From Octopus vulgaris (lineage: Eukaryota), in assembly GCA_951406725.2 (NCBI GenBank), contig OX597828.1, forward strand, positions 57,102,001 through 57,166,000: a stretch of DNA of 64,000 nt. The letters are read 5' to 3'. The notes under the pieces were generated by a model. It was given only the letters and a program-made list of their open reading frames with translations. It was not told where the DNA came from and did no database searches. This document shows, piece after piece, positions 1-12,259 of the stretch. The position numbers and the translations under genes are program-made. The stretch's first letter is position 1, and each line of letters opens with the position of its first letter.

Positions 1-991
1 CTTAAAATGGTGTTCACTTTGTATAGACTCAAACAATCTCTAGGTGAAGAAACCGACTTGTCCTATATTAATATGCCATGTAAAACCAACACTATTAGAT
101 TTTAAAAATTAAGCAGTGTATCACATCGATCTTTTTTTTATGACGTACGTGTTTTACCAGGACAAAAAGTAGAAGCCTTAAAGCAATAAATACTAAAACT
201 CATTGTGAGACATCTATGGAGCACAAGTGATATGTTTGAATCCAAATAGTATCCCTGGTTTATTCCTGGCTTATACAACGACTGTGAAGAAGAAGATATT
301 TTTACAGTACGTATAAATATAAATCCTACAACACTTTGCAACATATGGCTAATGCGGGCTTTATCGTAAATTATTTGCAACTTAAATGGCAGATTAATCG
401 CAAATGTTCATAAGTTCGTTTGTGACAAAATATTTTTTTCATTTTAAAAATTAAATGAAAAATTTACACAGTAGTTAGCTGATAGTGAAATAAATTCAAT
501 ACTTAATGGGTCTATATATATGTCCACAAATAAAATTACAAATAATAAAGTCTTTATCATAACCAAACACCTGAAATTTCTAGTACATCCCCAGGATAGA
601 GTGTTTGATAGCAATCAAATGATAAACTGATGTATGTTCAGTTGGTTGAATTTTGGTTTGTTTTATATATAGTTTCAGTTGACTTCTGTTCAATTATTTC
701 GTTTCCATTATTTTCTCTAATATGCTGAGACATGTTTTCAGGCAGTAGCTGTTCAGTTTTCTAGCATCTAAGAATATAATTTCAAATTATTTTTTAGAAG
801 AGCGAAAACGAACGGACACTGACCTGTGGCATCGTTTAGATATATTCGACGATGTTAAAATTGTCAACCATTTTTATCCATAGAGTTGTTAATTCCGTCT
901 CTATTTTTAATGCAAGTTTATATTTCAGGTTATCACGTGTAGTAAAGATGTAATAAAATATATTGGTATTCGTTTTAATGATTTGTTATTG

Positions 992-2140
992 TTAAATAGA
1001 GTCTGATGAAACAATAATGATATAGAGTAGAAGGAATAAAACAGTTGCTGACAAAATGGATTTGTCTAGCATCTGATGTTTTATTCGACATTTCTTAATG
1101 CGCCTTTTAGATTTTGTCTTAATAATTGGTTCATCTGCGTTTCCTATGATCCCGATTTTATTTTTCGATCCGTTTGTTTCTTGATCCTTTTCTGAAATTG
1201 TGTTGGCGCCAGACTCGTGGGCGAACAGTTTACACACAATTACAGAGCTGATAGAAGAAAAACCGCTTACAAGTGTCAGATTTAAGAGGTATATCAAATA
1301 TATAGAAGGTTCACGGGAATTATTACCCAGTTTTTTCTCAGTTTCAGAAAGATAAACTATATTTGCTAGAAAAACAGTAATTGCAACAGAAACTTTCTCT
1401 CCAGAAGAAGCCGGCAACACATACACAGATAAGATCAATAATGTTAACATAATTGGCGGTATAATTTTGGTAACTGTTGCACTAGAATATTTTCTTTTGC
1501 AGTACACAATAACTCCAGCTGTTATGATCTCCTGTTTTTCAACCTCGCTGTATTCATATCTATAATCCCATTGATTCGATATTGGCTTATAAGTTACTTC
1601 GTACAGAAAATAATCTAACATTATCTCCGTATTCATCTGGTGTTCAAAACAAACAGATATGTCACATTCGTGCTCATCAAAAGGATATTTATTAACGTTA
1701 ACCTTGCAGTAAGTATTGAAAATTCTGTCTATATGTAAGTGGACACTTCCGTCACTCTTTATCGTGACTCGCGAATTTTCATCAAATGTGAATTTACCTG
1801 TTACGCTGTTACATATTTGTACGTTAGGATACCACACTTTCTGTAAATCAACTTTTACATAGCTTATATTATTTTGTTCACGATTCCACATAAGATTAAC
1901 ATCATACCACAATAATCCAAGAATGAGATTACTTGTCATTATACCTTTCGTAATATCAAATTCAATAATGTTCTTTATTTTAAGCGATACATTTACGTAT
2001 ACTTCGTCTTCGTCGAAGGTAACGGGTCTTTCAGATTTCTCATAGTTTCTAAACAAATTCGCTACAAAGAGCTTCTTAGCTAACTTTTGTGAAGCCGTGC
2101 TTCCGATTAGCATTAAATATATGACAAAAATTAATATCAT
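992..2140 (-). CDS. Intronless Cys-loop ligand-gated ion channel subunit, chemotactile-receptor-like (divergent nAChR family), copy 1, 382 aa
   Basis: Uninterrupted ATG-to-TAA ORF with signal-peptide-like N-terminus, WYPNV (loop A), Cys-loop CKVNVNKYPFDEHEC (C-x13-C with YPFD), M1 IIPPIMLTLL, M2 SGEKVSVAITVFLANIVYL, M3, about 50-aa M3-M4 loop and M4. No loop-C vicinal CC. Confidence 0.95.
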   Translation of the reverse strand: MILIFVIYLMLIGSTASQKLAKKLFVANLFRNYEKSERPVTFDEDEVYVNVSLKIKNIIEFDITKGIMTSNLILGLLWYDVNLMWNREQNNISYVKVDLQKVWYPNVQICNSVTGKFTFDENSRVTIKSDGSVHLHIDRIFNTYCKVNVNKYPFDEHECDISVCFEHQMNTEIMLDYFLYEVTYKPISNQWDYRYEYSEVEKQEIITAGVIVYCKRKYSSATVTKIIPPIMLTLLILSVYVLPASSGEKVSVAITVFLANIVYLSETEKKLGNNSREPSIYLIYLLNLTLVSGFSSISSVIVCKLFAHESGANTISEKDQETNGSKNKIGIIGNADEPIIKTKSKRRIKKCRIKHQMLDKSILSATVLFLLLYIIIVSSDSI

Positions 2141-2729
2141 TATGTTAGGAAAGAGAGAAAATATCGCTTGCGTTACTTTTCCAGAGGTCTTGCCTTGAAA
2201 TATATATTGAGTTTTTGTAAAAGATTCAATATATTCGAAATATAGGAGGAAACCTCAACAAATACTTCGAAGTAATTGTCAATTGTCAGTATAATTCTAG
2301 CAAATATAACGTATATATATATATGTATGTGTGTGTGTGCGTATGTATGCTGTACGTATTTTATGTTTATGAGTGCAATATGTTTTTTTTTAAATAAAGA
2401 TATGCAACAACATCTAAAATTTAAGCGATTGGAAATACCTTGTTTTTATATAATATTCAGTGATCCATAAAATATTTCGTGGTATGCAAAATAAAAAGTG
2501 CTTCAGAAATACAGCAGACTACATCAAGAATGTCACCGGTTATCAGCTGTCTTCAGTTCATAAAAGCGATGTAGGAATATACGCGAGAGTTCCCCCTTAT
2601 GTATGCTGAATATTTACTTACTTAATTCTGACTGACTATTGTTTAAATACCCACTATCTCTACCCTCCAGTTTTCCCTCTTCCCCCCTTTCTCTTCCTTT
2701 ACACATACACACACACATACATATGTAGG

Positions 2730-2764
<35 letters not shown>

Positions 2765-3244
2765 CTATCAAATTAAGTGTATCATAGTTTTAGTGGTATA
2801 TGCACCCCCCATATCAACCTCTAAATCAATTTGTGTTAGTATTGTTTACGGGAAACACTTAATGTTGTAGACAATTGCACTAATTCGATATTAATAATTG
2901 CTACAACAAGTATATTCATTCCTACTCTTTCATTATTATTGACAAAGAATATATCGTTTAGTAGATCTTCAGTTACGTTTCACATTAGATTAAGTGTCAT
3001 TGAACATGATGAAATGTTCAGATCATATTGTTATCAAAAAGTAGTGAGTGTTCTATGCCAAGTGAATCAATGAAAGCTACGTAATTTAAAACTGTTAATA
3101 GGTATTGACACGGCCGAGTCTCTGTCAAAGGTGTTCTAGAGTTTTGTGTTTTCTAAATATCTAGGGAAATGTAATTGAAGATGCAACCTGAGAACGTTAC
3201 ATTGTGTTAAGCAAATGTGAAATTAGAGGTTTATTAATGACATA

Positions 3245-4160
<916 letters not shown>

Positions 4161-4161
4161 C

Positions 4162-4412
4162 AGCTGAGATTTATTTTATTTTAATAATTGTTTATTAAAG
4201 TTTTTATTGATATTAAATTTTTGTGTTTCAGATACTCTGTGGATGGAAGGGGACTGATTCACTGAACCCATATAAATGGCTACTCCTCATGAAAACGCAC
4301 AATGTGTATCCTGGCTTTTGAGACAAACTCGGACGTTCAGACTCAACCAAGCTACAGAATTAAGTATGGAAGCGATTCCCCATCACGTCCTTCAATTCGT
4401 GGATGGCACAAA
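4162..4412 (+). mobile_element. Inverted partial copy of the 5' part of the adjacent Tc1/mariner element
   Basis: Reverse complement of about 3725-3972 with a few substitutions and indels. Encodes MATPHENAQCVSWL and then frameshifts. Confidence 0.85.
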
Positions 4413-5664
4413 CAAGTTAAGTGCATATATCTATGTATGTATGTATAAATATATAAATTATAATTAAGGGTATCTAAGAGATACCACCACGCTAGAAATA
4501 GCAACCAAAACTTGACTCTGAAACGACACTAAATGTTCATAAGCACCAGGACAGAAAACAAAGAGACAAAATAAACTAGCAAAAAAATTACTGGATAATT
4601 CTAGATCTTGGATTTCTGACATTGACCTAGTTTTTTTAATACAAAATATATTTGCCAAATAGTAGTAAACAGTTTCAAGGGTATTATAACCCCCTCTCTA
4701 CCTCAATTTCTTTATGAAGAACTTCTGGCAAAATACCATAGAATGTCCAAATCCCAAAAACTTTAAGTTGTTATGCATATGAGTGTATTCTAACGTATTT
4801 GTACACAATCATTTTAATGTTGTACAATATAAAAACATGGAATAATCGTATCTTGTATTCACTATACTTTATATAGACATGCTTTACGTATCGTATAAGT
4901 GAAAACAGCAGGTATCATTAACGCGAAAATGTGACCTGGTAGAGGAAAACAGACTTCCGATTCGTAATCAGCATCAACATTAACCCAGAAATATATATAT
5001 TTTGGGAAATAGCGGGTAGAACTATTAGTGTACTACCTATCATTGCAATTACAAGGTTCGAATAATAAGATAATTACACAAAATATATCACCTAATGCAG
5101 AAAGAAGAGGGCATATCAGATCAGATATCTAAGTAAGCTATCGGGTATGCCGTTTTCTGTTAGTTAACATTTTAGTTGGATTTTATAAGTCTAGTGGATA
5201 TTATTAATTAGAATGTATAAATCGCCGTTATATAGATTAAATCAGTTAGTATACCATGAACCAATATTTCAACTTATATAGCATTTCATGTATAACGATA
5301 TAACAGTTTCTAATGAGATTTCCTATGAGTAAACACGATAACAATTAAAATACATTATATTTTATGTGACATCGTTCAAAGTGTACATCAAATTAGTATA
5401 ACAATAGGTAAATAGTTAATACAAAGGAAATGCAAAATTAATTGTTACAAATTATATAGAAGTATGAAAATCAAAAGTTAATATTTAGTTTAAATTTCAA
5501 GCGTTTATACAATATGTGTGAGTAAACATAATGAAAGAAAAAATATATAAATTTTTGATCACATTATCGCTTTACAACTTCAAAGATACTGACAAAATCA
5601 TCTCTAGTTTTCTAGTTGACTTTCAGATTAAATATTACGACTGAGTGTTACTGGACATGTAATA

Positions 5665-5872
5665 TGGATTTTAAATTCTGGAACAAGACCAGCAAGTTCG
5701 TGTTCAGAGTGATTGGATTACATCGATCCCACTGCTCAACTAGAACTCATGTTATCGACCCCAAACAATGCAATGCAAAGTCGACTTCAGCGCAATATTA
5801 ACCCAGAACGTGAAGACGGACGAAATACAGCTAAGGATTTTTTTCCGGCGTGCTAAAAATTGTGCCAGCTAT
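5665..5872 (-). mobile_element. Old SINE-like interspersed repeat (family B), decayed; carried inside the duplicated spacer
   Basis: AAAGTCGAC...CAGAACGTGAAGACGGACGAAATAC...TGCCAGCT block recurs at 12812-13012 and 25015-25197 (same spacer position) and at 35620-35822 and 46018-46235 (dispersed). Confidence 0.6.
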
Positions 5873-6959
5873 CCAGTTTCTGATCACATAATATTAAATA
5901 GATATATATCAGATATATATCAATGCTGCAAAATACATATATTAAAGATGCATGTTTATCCACTCTATCTACAAAGTGTTATAAATAACCACATATATTC
6001 CACAAGAGATCAATTATTTTACAATTAAATACTTTCATTAAAGTCTGGACTCAAGTATTTCTCCTGAATCGTGATATTGATATTGTTTTGTTATTTTCCT
6101 TGTTTTTTGCTATTTTTATTGTTTTGAATTTCGAGCACTATCATTGAGGATGTCCATAAAGAATGGGAATATATTCAAGTGTGAGGGCCATCATATGTCA
6201 TAATTTTGTACACAATTCTCAACGGATATGAATTCGATTGTTAGTAGTTCATTCCAGCAGTCATTTCGAGGTTACCTGAGATGTGCTTTTACATTTATAA
6301 TACTCTTGCTCTACTCATTTATAGTTTCACATAAGGTGTTATTCGAACTTCCAAAGTCTCCAGATTTTGTTTTATGATCTTTGGTATACAAACCGTTTAG
6401 TATAGATTGTAATTTGAAGAGTTAACACGTCATGCCACAATACTGTAGATCCTGACACTGATTGTATAGGCATAAATTTTGTGTAAAATATAAATAACTT
6501 TTAGGTGTCATGAAAAAGAATAGCATTCGTGAAGAATTAAGTTTTACTGATGTGGCTAATTTCAGAAATTGTGTATATCCTCAAAAAATCTCTAGATGAG
6601 GTACTGGAGTGTCAGTCAATATATACGCCATGTAAAATCTGCATTTCTTAGTTTGTTTAATGAGAAAATATATCTTATCCGCAACACAATTCCAGTTTTT
6701 CATTTGAAATGTAATCGTTTTGACTGAAGGAAGAATTAAATTCATAAGTAAAGGCTACTAAAAATCAGTATGTAATATTCATAAGACAGAATATATACGC
6801 TTTAATTCACGTAAAATTTGTAATTCTTAGCTGAGAGCGAGTAATGACTGTAGAAAACGAACTTTCTTGTGCAATTCGAATATAATAGTAAAGATTTTGT
6901 AAAGAAATAACTTCATTTCCAGCATAGGTAAGAATATGAAATCATTTTCATCTTGAATG

Positions 6960-7058
6960 CGTATGTCTTTGTATATGTGCGTGCGTATGTGTGTTTGTGT
7001 GTGTGTGTGTGTGTATGTGCGTGCGTATGTGTGTTTGTGTGTGTTTGTGTGTGTGTGT

Positions 7059-7097
<39 letters not shown>

Positions 7098-7352
7098 TGT
7101 GTGTGTGTATGTGTGTGTGTGTGTGTATGTGCGTGCGTATGTGTGTTTGTGTGTGTGCGTGTGTGTGTGTGTATGTGTGTGTGTGTATGTGCGTGCGTAT
7201 GTGTGTTTGTGTGTGTGTGTGTATGTGTGTGTGTGTATGTGTGTCTGTGTGTGTATGTGTGTGTGTGTGTGTGTATGTGTGTGTGTGTATGTGTGTGTAT
7301 GTGTGTGTATGTGTGTGTATGTGTGTGTCTGTGTCTGTGTGTGTGTGTGTGT
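6960..7352. repeat. Compound (TG)n microsatellite
   Basis: Direct reading; it is the source of several spurious VC/HT ORFs. Confidence 0.95.
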
Positions 7353-7924
7353 TACCAATTACGTGTCTTGCAAAATATGCCTAATGCAACTGCGACAGAA
7401 CAGTAGATGTGCTTTAGTTTCTCATCAATTATTTGAACTTTTCAAATCACATTCTTCGGAATTAGGGCATATTGTGAAAATAGGAGTTCTTCCAAATACA
7501 AATGCAATAAAAGAAATTAAAAGAACAATTTACGAAATTTCTTTAACACTGTGAACTTATAATTATTGAAATAAACTGTATATATAGTGGCTATGAAATT
7601 TGTCCACAAATAAAATTACCAATGATAAACTCTTCCAATTATCACCAAATATGTGTGGCTTTTATTGCATGCACTCAAATAACAAGTTTTTCATAATGCT
7701 GCAAAAATAAACAAATTCATTCAAATGGTATAAAATTGTAAAGTTGTGTGTGTTCAATGGTTTTCACTTTGCTATGGATTATTTGCTGTTTCAGTTGACT
7801 TATGTTCAATCATTTGCTTCGCTTCATTCTAATTGTGTTTGATTTGTAATTTACCGAGATATGAGTTTCAGGCCTCTAGTTAGAATATAAATAAATATAT
7901 TGTAAATTAACCTCTCATTTGTCA

Positions 7925-9425
7925 TTAATATATAGAGTCTGATGACGCTATAATAATATACAGTGTTAGGAATAAAACAGCTGCTAAGAAAAACAATGTG
8001 TCGAGCTTCAAATAGCATTCGACGTTTCACTAAAGGCATTTTAGCTTTCGAATCAATATTGGTCCATATGTGTTTCCTATTATCCCAATTTTATTTTTCG
8101 ATCTGTTCGATTCTTAATCACTTCCTGAATTCGTGTCGGCACCAGTCTTGTGTACGTACAGTTTACACTAAATTACTGAGCCGATAGAAGAAAGTCCGCT
8201 CACAAGTGTCAAAATTATGAGTTATATTAAATATATAGAAGGTTCACGAGAATTGTTACTCAGATTTTTCTCAGTTTCCGAAAGAAAAATAACATTTGCT
8301 AGAAAAACAGTAATTGAAGCAGCAATATTCTCTCCAGATTCTGCTGGCCATACATAGACAGATACGATTAATAATGTTAGCATAAGTGGGATATAATTTT
8401 GGCAACGGTCGCACTAGTAATTTTTCTTTTGCTCTGAACTCTAAAACCAGCTGTTATGATGCCGTCTTTTACAAAACCTTCTTCTTTAAATGTGTAACGC
8501 CATTGATTATTTGTTGGATTTTATGTCACATTACTCTTTTACTCTTTTACTTGTTTCAGTCATTTGACTGCGGCCATGCTGGAGCACCACCTTTAATCGA
8601 GCAACTCGACCCCAGGACTTATTCTTTGTAAGCCCAGTACTTATTCTATCGGTCTCTTTTGCCGAACCGCTAAGTGACGGGGACGTAAACACACACCAGC
8701 ATCGGTTGTCAAGCAATGCTAGGGGGACAAACGCAGGTACACAAACACACACACACATACATACATAAATATATATATATATACATATATACGACAGGCT
8801 TCTTTCAGTTTCCGTCTACCAAATCCACTCACAAGGCATTGGTCGGCCCGGGGCTATAGCAGAAGACACTTGCCCAAGATGCCACACAGTGGGATTGAAC
8901 CCAGAACCATGTGGTTGGTTAGCAAGCTACTTACCACACAGCCACAAAATTATTTAAAGTTTTTTTCCGCGGTAATCTGGTGATAAAATCAAACAGATTC
9001 TATATATACAGAAACACTTCCATCAATTATTAGCGTGACCCCTGTATCTTCATCAAATGTGAATTTACCTGCAGCGCTGTTACATATTTGTACTTTATGA
9101 AACCACACTCCTTTGATTCAGTTTTAATATAAAATACGTTTACACTTTCTTCATCCCATTGAAGATTAGCATCATACCTCAATGATGCAAGTATGATATT
9201 ACTTGTCATTAAACCTCTTGCAATGTCAAATTCAATAATGCTTTTGTTTTCCTGTTTCAAGTGATACATTTACCTATACTATATCGTCATCACTCGAAAC
9301 GGGATTCTGAGATTTCTCATAGTCTTTAAATAGCATGACGTGTAAGGACGTCTTGTCTGGGGTTTTGTCTTTGTGAAACAAATATTCTGATGAGAATTAA
9401 AGTTAAGTCACATATTGATTTCAAT
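7925..9425 (-). pseudogene. Chemotactile-receptor-like pseudogene, copy 2
   Basis: Homologous to the intact copies over the whole length (IIEFDIARGLMTSNII; C-terminus IIIASSDSIY*). The ATG is altered (ATAATTG), there are frameshifts, a TGA at the post-Cys-loop cysteine codon, an apparent 69-bp deletion removing the Cys-loop near 8998, and a SINE inserted at 8533-8945. Confidence 0.9.
8533..8945 (-). mobile_element. tRNA-derived SINE (family A), slightly 5'-truncated, inserted in receptor copy 2
   Basis: Near-identical to 63031-63454: tRNA-like A/B-box head (TGGCTGTGTGGT...GGTTCAATCCC), internal TA/CA microsatellite and (AAAGAGT)n tail. The flanks rejoin the receptor sequence ATGTCACATT|CACAAAATT. 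Confidence 0.9.
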
Positions 9426-9642
9426 TATGATCAATAAACAGCGAAATTAATACTTGGTAATGTTTACTGATCTCTCCGACGTCCATTTATGGTTTTGGTA
9501 ATGCATCTGCGTACTTGAAATATTAGGCACTACATTTTTTTTAATATACATGAAGCATGCCAGAAGTCACGGTTAATTTTTTTACAATAACTCTTAACAT
9601 TATAACGTCAGCAGAATATATGCATATATACGTACACAAATA

Positions 9643-9683
<41 letters not shown>

Positions 9684-9746
9684 TGAATCATGGATATGTA
9701 TGTCAGTTTATCTCACTCTCTCTTTCTCTCACTCTCTCACTCTCTC

Positions 9747-9829
<83 letters not shown>

Positions 9830-9833
9830 GAAA

Positions 9834-10170
9834 GGCGCATGGCTCAGTGGTTAGAGCGTCGAGCTTACGATCGTGAGGTTGTGAGCTCGAATCCCGGACC
9901 GGGCTGCGTGTTGTGTTCTTGAGCAAGACACTTTATTTCACGTTGCTCCAGTTCACTCAGCTGTAGAAATGAGTTGCGACGTCACAGGTGCCAAGCTGTA
10001 TCGACCTTTGTCTTTCCCTTGGATAACACTGGTGGCGTGGAGAGGGGAGGCCGGTATGCATGGGCGACTACTGGTCTTCCATAAAACAACCTTGCCCAGA
10101 CTTGTGCCTCAGAGGGTAACTCTCTAGGTGCAAACCCATGGTCACTCATGACCGAAGGGGGTCTTTACCC
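9834..10170 (+). mobile_element. tRNA-derived SINE (family C)
   Basis: A box TGGCTCAGTGG, B-box-like CTCGAATCCC, central GTTCTTGAGCAAGACACTT block. A near-identical inverted copy lies at 62473-62817. Confidence 0.9.
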
Positions 10171-10630
10171 CCTTTATATATATATATATCTATATATATA
10201 TATAATATCAACGGGTAATCAGAAATATTAGAATTTTCTGTTACATGGTAAAGGTTTTTATATTTTATTCCCTTCGAAATTTTATCCCTAATAGTTGTTT
10301 GGAATTTAACTGTTCTCTCTAGCGTGCAAGGAGTCCTATGATGGATGACTCTTCTGTGTATAAATGTACACTGTATATATATATATATATGTAGGGGGGG
10401 TGCGTGTCTATGTGTGTGTGCTTGCGTGTGTTATGTGTGTATTTGTATGCATATAAATATATATGTGTGTGTGTTTGTGTAGGTGTGTGTTCATGTACAT
10501 TTCTGCAATCTATTAATAAACGCTAAGTTCTCTCTGTGCCTTAGTCTAGATTTGCTTTACATAGACATGATACATCTTTCTGGAATCAGCATAATCCCGG
10601 GATGGAAAATCAGCCAATCGTTTGGTTCTT

Positions 10631-10767
10631 AATTTTGCTCTCTTGCTCTTGTAAATAAGAATAACTTATTATATTCCAGTAAGATGACTCTGGAGTTAAG
10701 CAATCCAGAGTCATCTTACTTGAACATAATAAGTTATTCCAATTTACAAGAGCAAGAGAGCGCAATT
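10631..10767. repeat. Inverted repeat, 64-bp arms with a 9-nt loop
   Basis: 10631-10694 is the reverse complement of 10704-10767 with about 6 mismatches. Confidence 0.9.
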
Positions 10768-11344
10768 CAGAGAGCGCAGAGAGAGCGCAATTCAGTTACC
10801 GAATTTAGTGATGGACGGATAACTATTTGATCGACTCTAAAAGGATCAAAGAGTATTAAAAATAATAATGGTAATAAAATAATGATAATCTCTATATCTA
10901 TAAACGGTAAAATGTCTGTGTATCTGTGTGTATGTGTGTCCTTTATACAAATCCGCAGTTTTTCACGTAAAAGGCTCGTATTTTCTATGGGCTTTCAAAA
11001 ATGTCTAAGGACTATCGTAAACATCTTTTCATTTCCCTAATCACGCCAGAAACCCTTTAAAAAAATAAGATATGGGCATATCCATTCAAAATCGCTAAAA
11101 CAAAGAAATTTGTACGCAGTGCGTGCGTACAGCTAGATACGCCAATAGACTTCCAGCTGTTTTTTCATTGCAATGAAGAGGTGAAGGAAGTTATCTCCCT
11201 TGTCAAATATGTCCATAACTTATGGGCGGACATAAGGGGTCGGTTTATCGATTTTAATGGCTTTCTGGAGTGACTGGAGAAATGAAAAGATCTTCACGAC
11301 CACCCTCAGACAGTTTTGAAAGTTTATAGAAAATGCGAGCCTGT

Positions 11345-11755
11345 ATGTTTGTGTTGACGCTGTAGCGAAGACTTTTCCTGACTGGTTGTAATGTTATAGT
11401 TTCTTGTTGACGTCTTTTCTTGTCTTTCCATTTCTTCTTTCTGTCTATGTCATTCCTTTGTCTTCCCTCTTTTACGGTACGTCGCCAATCTCCACGGTTG
11501 ATAATATTGATGTTACAGGCCTTCATGTCCGTTTTGCAAACATCCTTATATCGTAAGAACGGTCTTCCCACAGACCTAGTGCCCCTAGCAAGCTCTCCGT
11601 AGAGATGGGGATTGTGCCATATTCCATACAGGTAACATGCCCAAGTTTTCTCATGCCGCTCTAGTATCACACTGCTTTGAGCAAGCATGTAACTACTTTG
11701 GCTTAGTTATCAGCCTCAGGAAGACCAACATCATGGGTCGGGCTACATCGGACAT
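11345..11755 (-). mobile_element. RTE-clade LINE fragments, rearranged
   Basis: The minus strand gives [28 protein letters not shown]...DWRRTVKEG (RTE C-terminal motif). The adjacent plus-strand piece gives [20 protein letters not shown] (end of RT domain). Confidence 0.75.
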
Positions 11756-11756
11756 C

Positions 11757-11758
<2 letters not shown>

Positions 11759-11852
<94 letters not shown>

Positions 11853-11898
11853 ATATACATATATATATATATACATATGTATATATGTACACACATAA

Positions 11899-11957
<59 letters not shown>

Positions 11958-12075
11958 TGTATGTATATATATCTATGTGCATATATATACATATATATGT
12001 ATAGGCTGTATATGTGTGTATGTGTATTTGTGTGCGTGTTCGCGTGATTGTGTGTGTGTGCATGCGTGTGTTTCA
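11759..12075. repeat. (TA)n/(TG)n compound microsatellite
   Basis: Direct reading. Confidence 0.95.
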
Positions 12076-12259
12076 ATGTGTATGTATGTAGTTAGCTTTG
12101 TCCCTGTCTATTATTATATTTATGTTCTGTAAAGTAACACTTCGACTAATGAAATGATGAAATTTATACTGTATTTGAATGTAGGCACTGTTTTGATATA
12201 ATCAACTATAATACTCAGGACACAATCAATACCACCACCTAGTCAAACGACACAAAACA

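Larger units (their letters stand above)
5080..7920. repeat. Array spacer (3' flank of receptor unit), copy S1
   Basis: Colinear similarity to about 12260-14960, 15811-16920 and 24370-27143. Shared blocks include TCTCTAGATGAGG, TTTTACTGATGTGG, AAAAATCAGTATG and GCAATTCGAATATA. A divergent part is also seen at 1-990. Confidence 0.85.

Noticed and set aside
1260-1410. Gene conversion explaining the identical M2 region in copy 1 and copies 4/6
   Set aside because: Several synonymous differences are present, which favours purifying selection.
6510-6600. Short ORF MKKNSIREELSFTDVANFRN in the spacer
   Set aside because: Other spacer copies have a stop, frameshift or lost ATG, so there is no coding constraint.
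6948-7554. Long VC/HT-repeat ORFs (also IY, SIYL and poly-L ORFs at 11693, 24187, 33599, 55750, 56244 and elsewhere)
   Set aside because: They are translations of microsatellites, not genes.
9834-9905. tRNA gene
   Set aside because: The tRNA-like head is continuous with a SINE body repeated at 62473-62817.
10890-11340. Non-autonomous Helitron-like repeat starting TCTATATCTATAAA
   Set aside because: No 3' hairpin or CTAG end could be identified and there is no second copy in the window.
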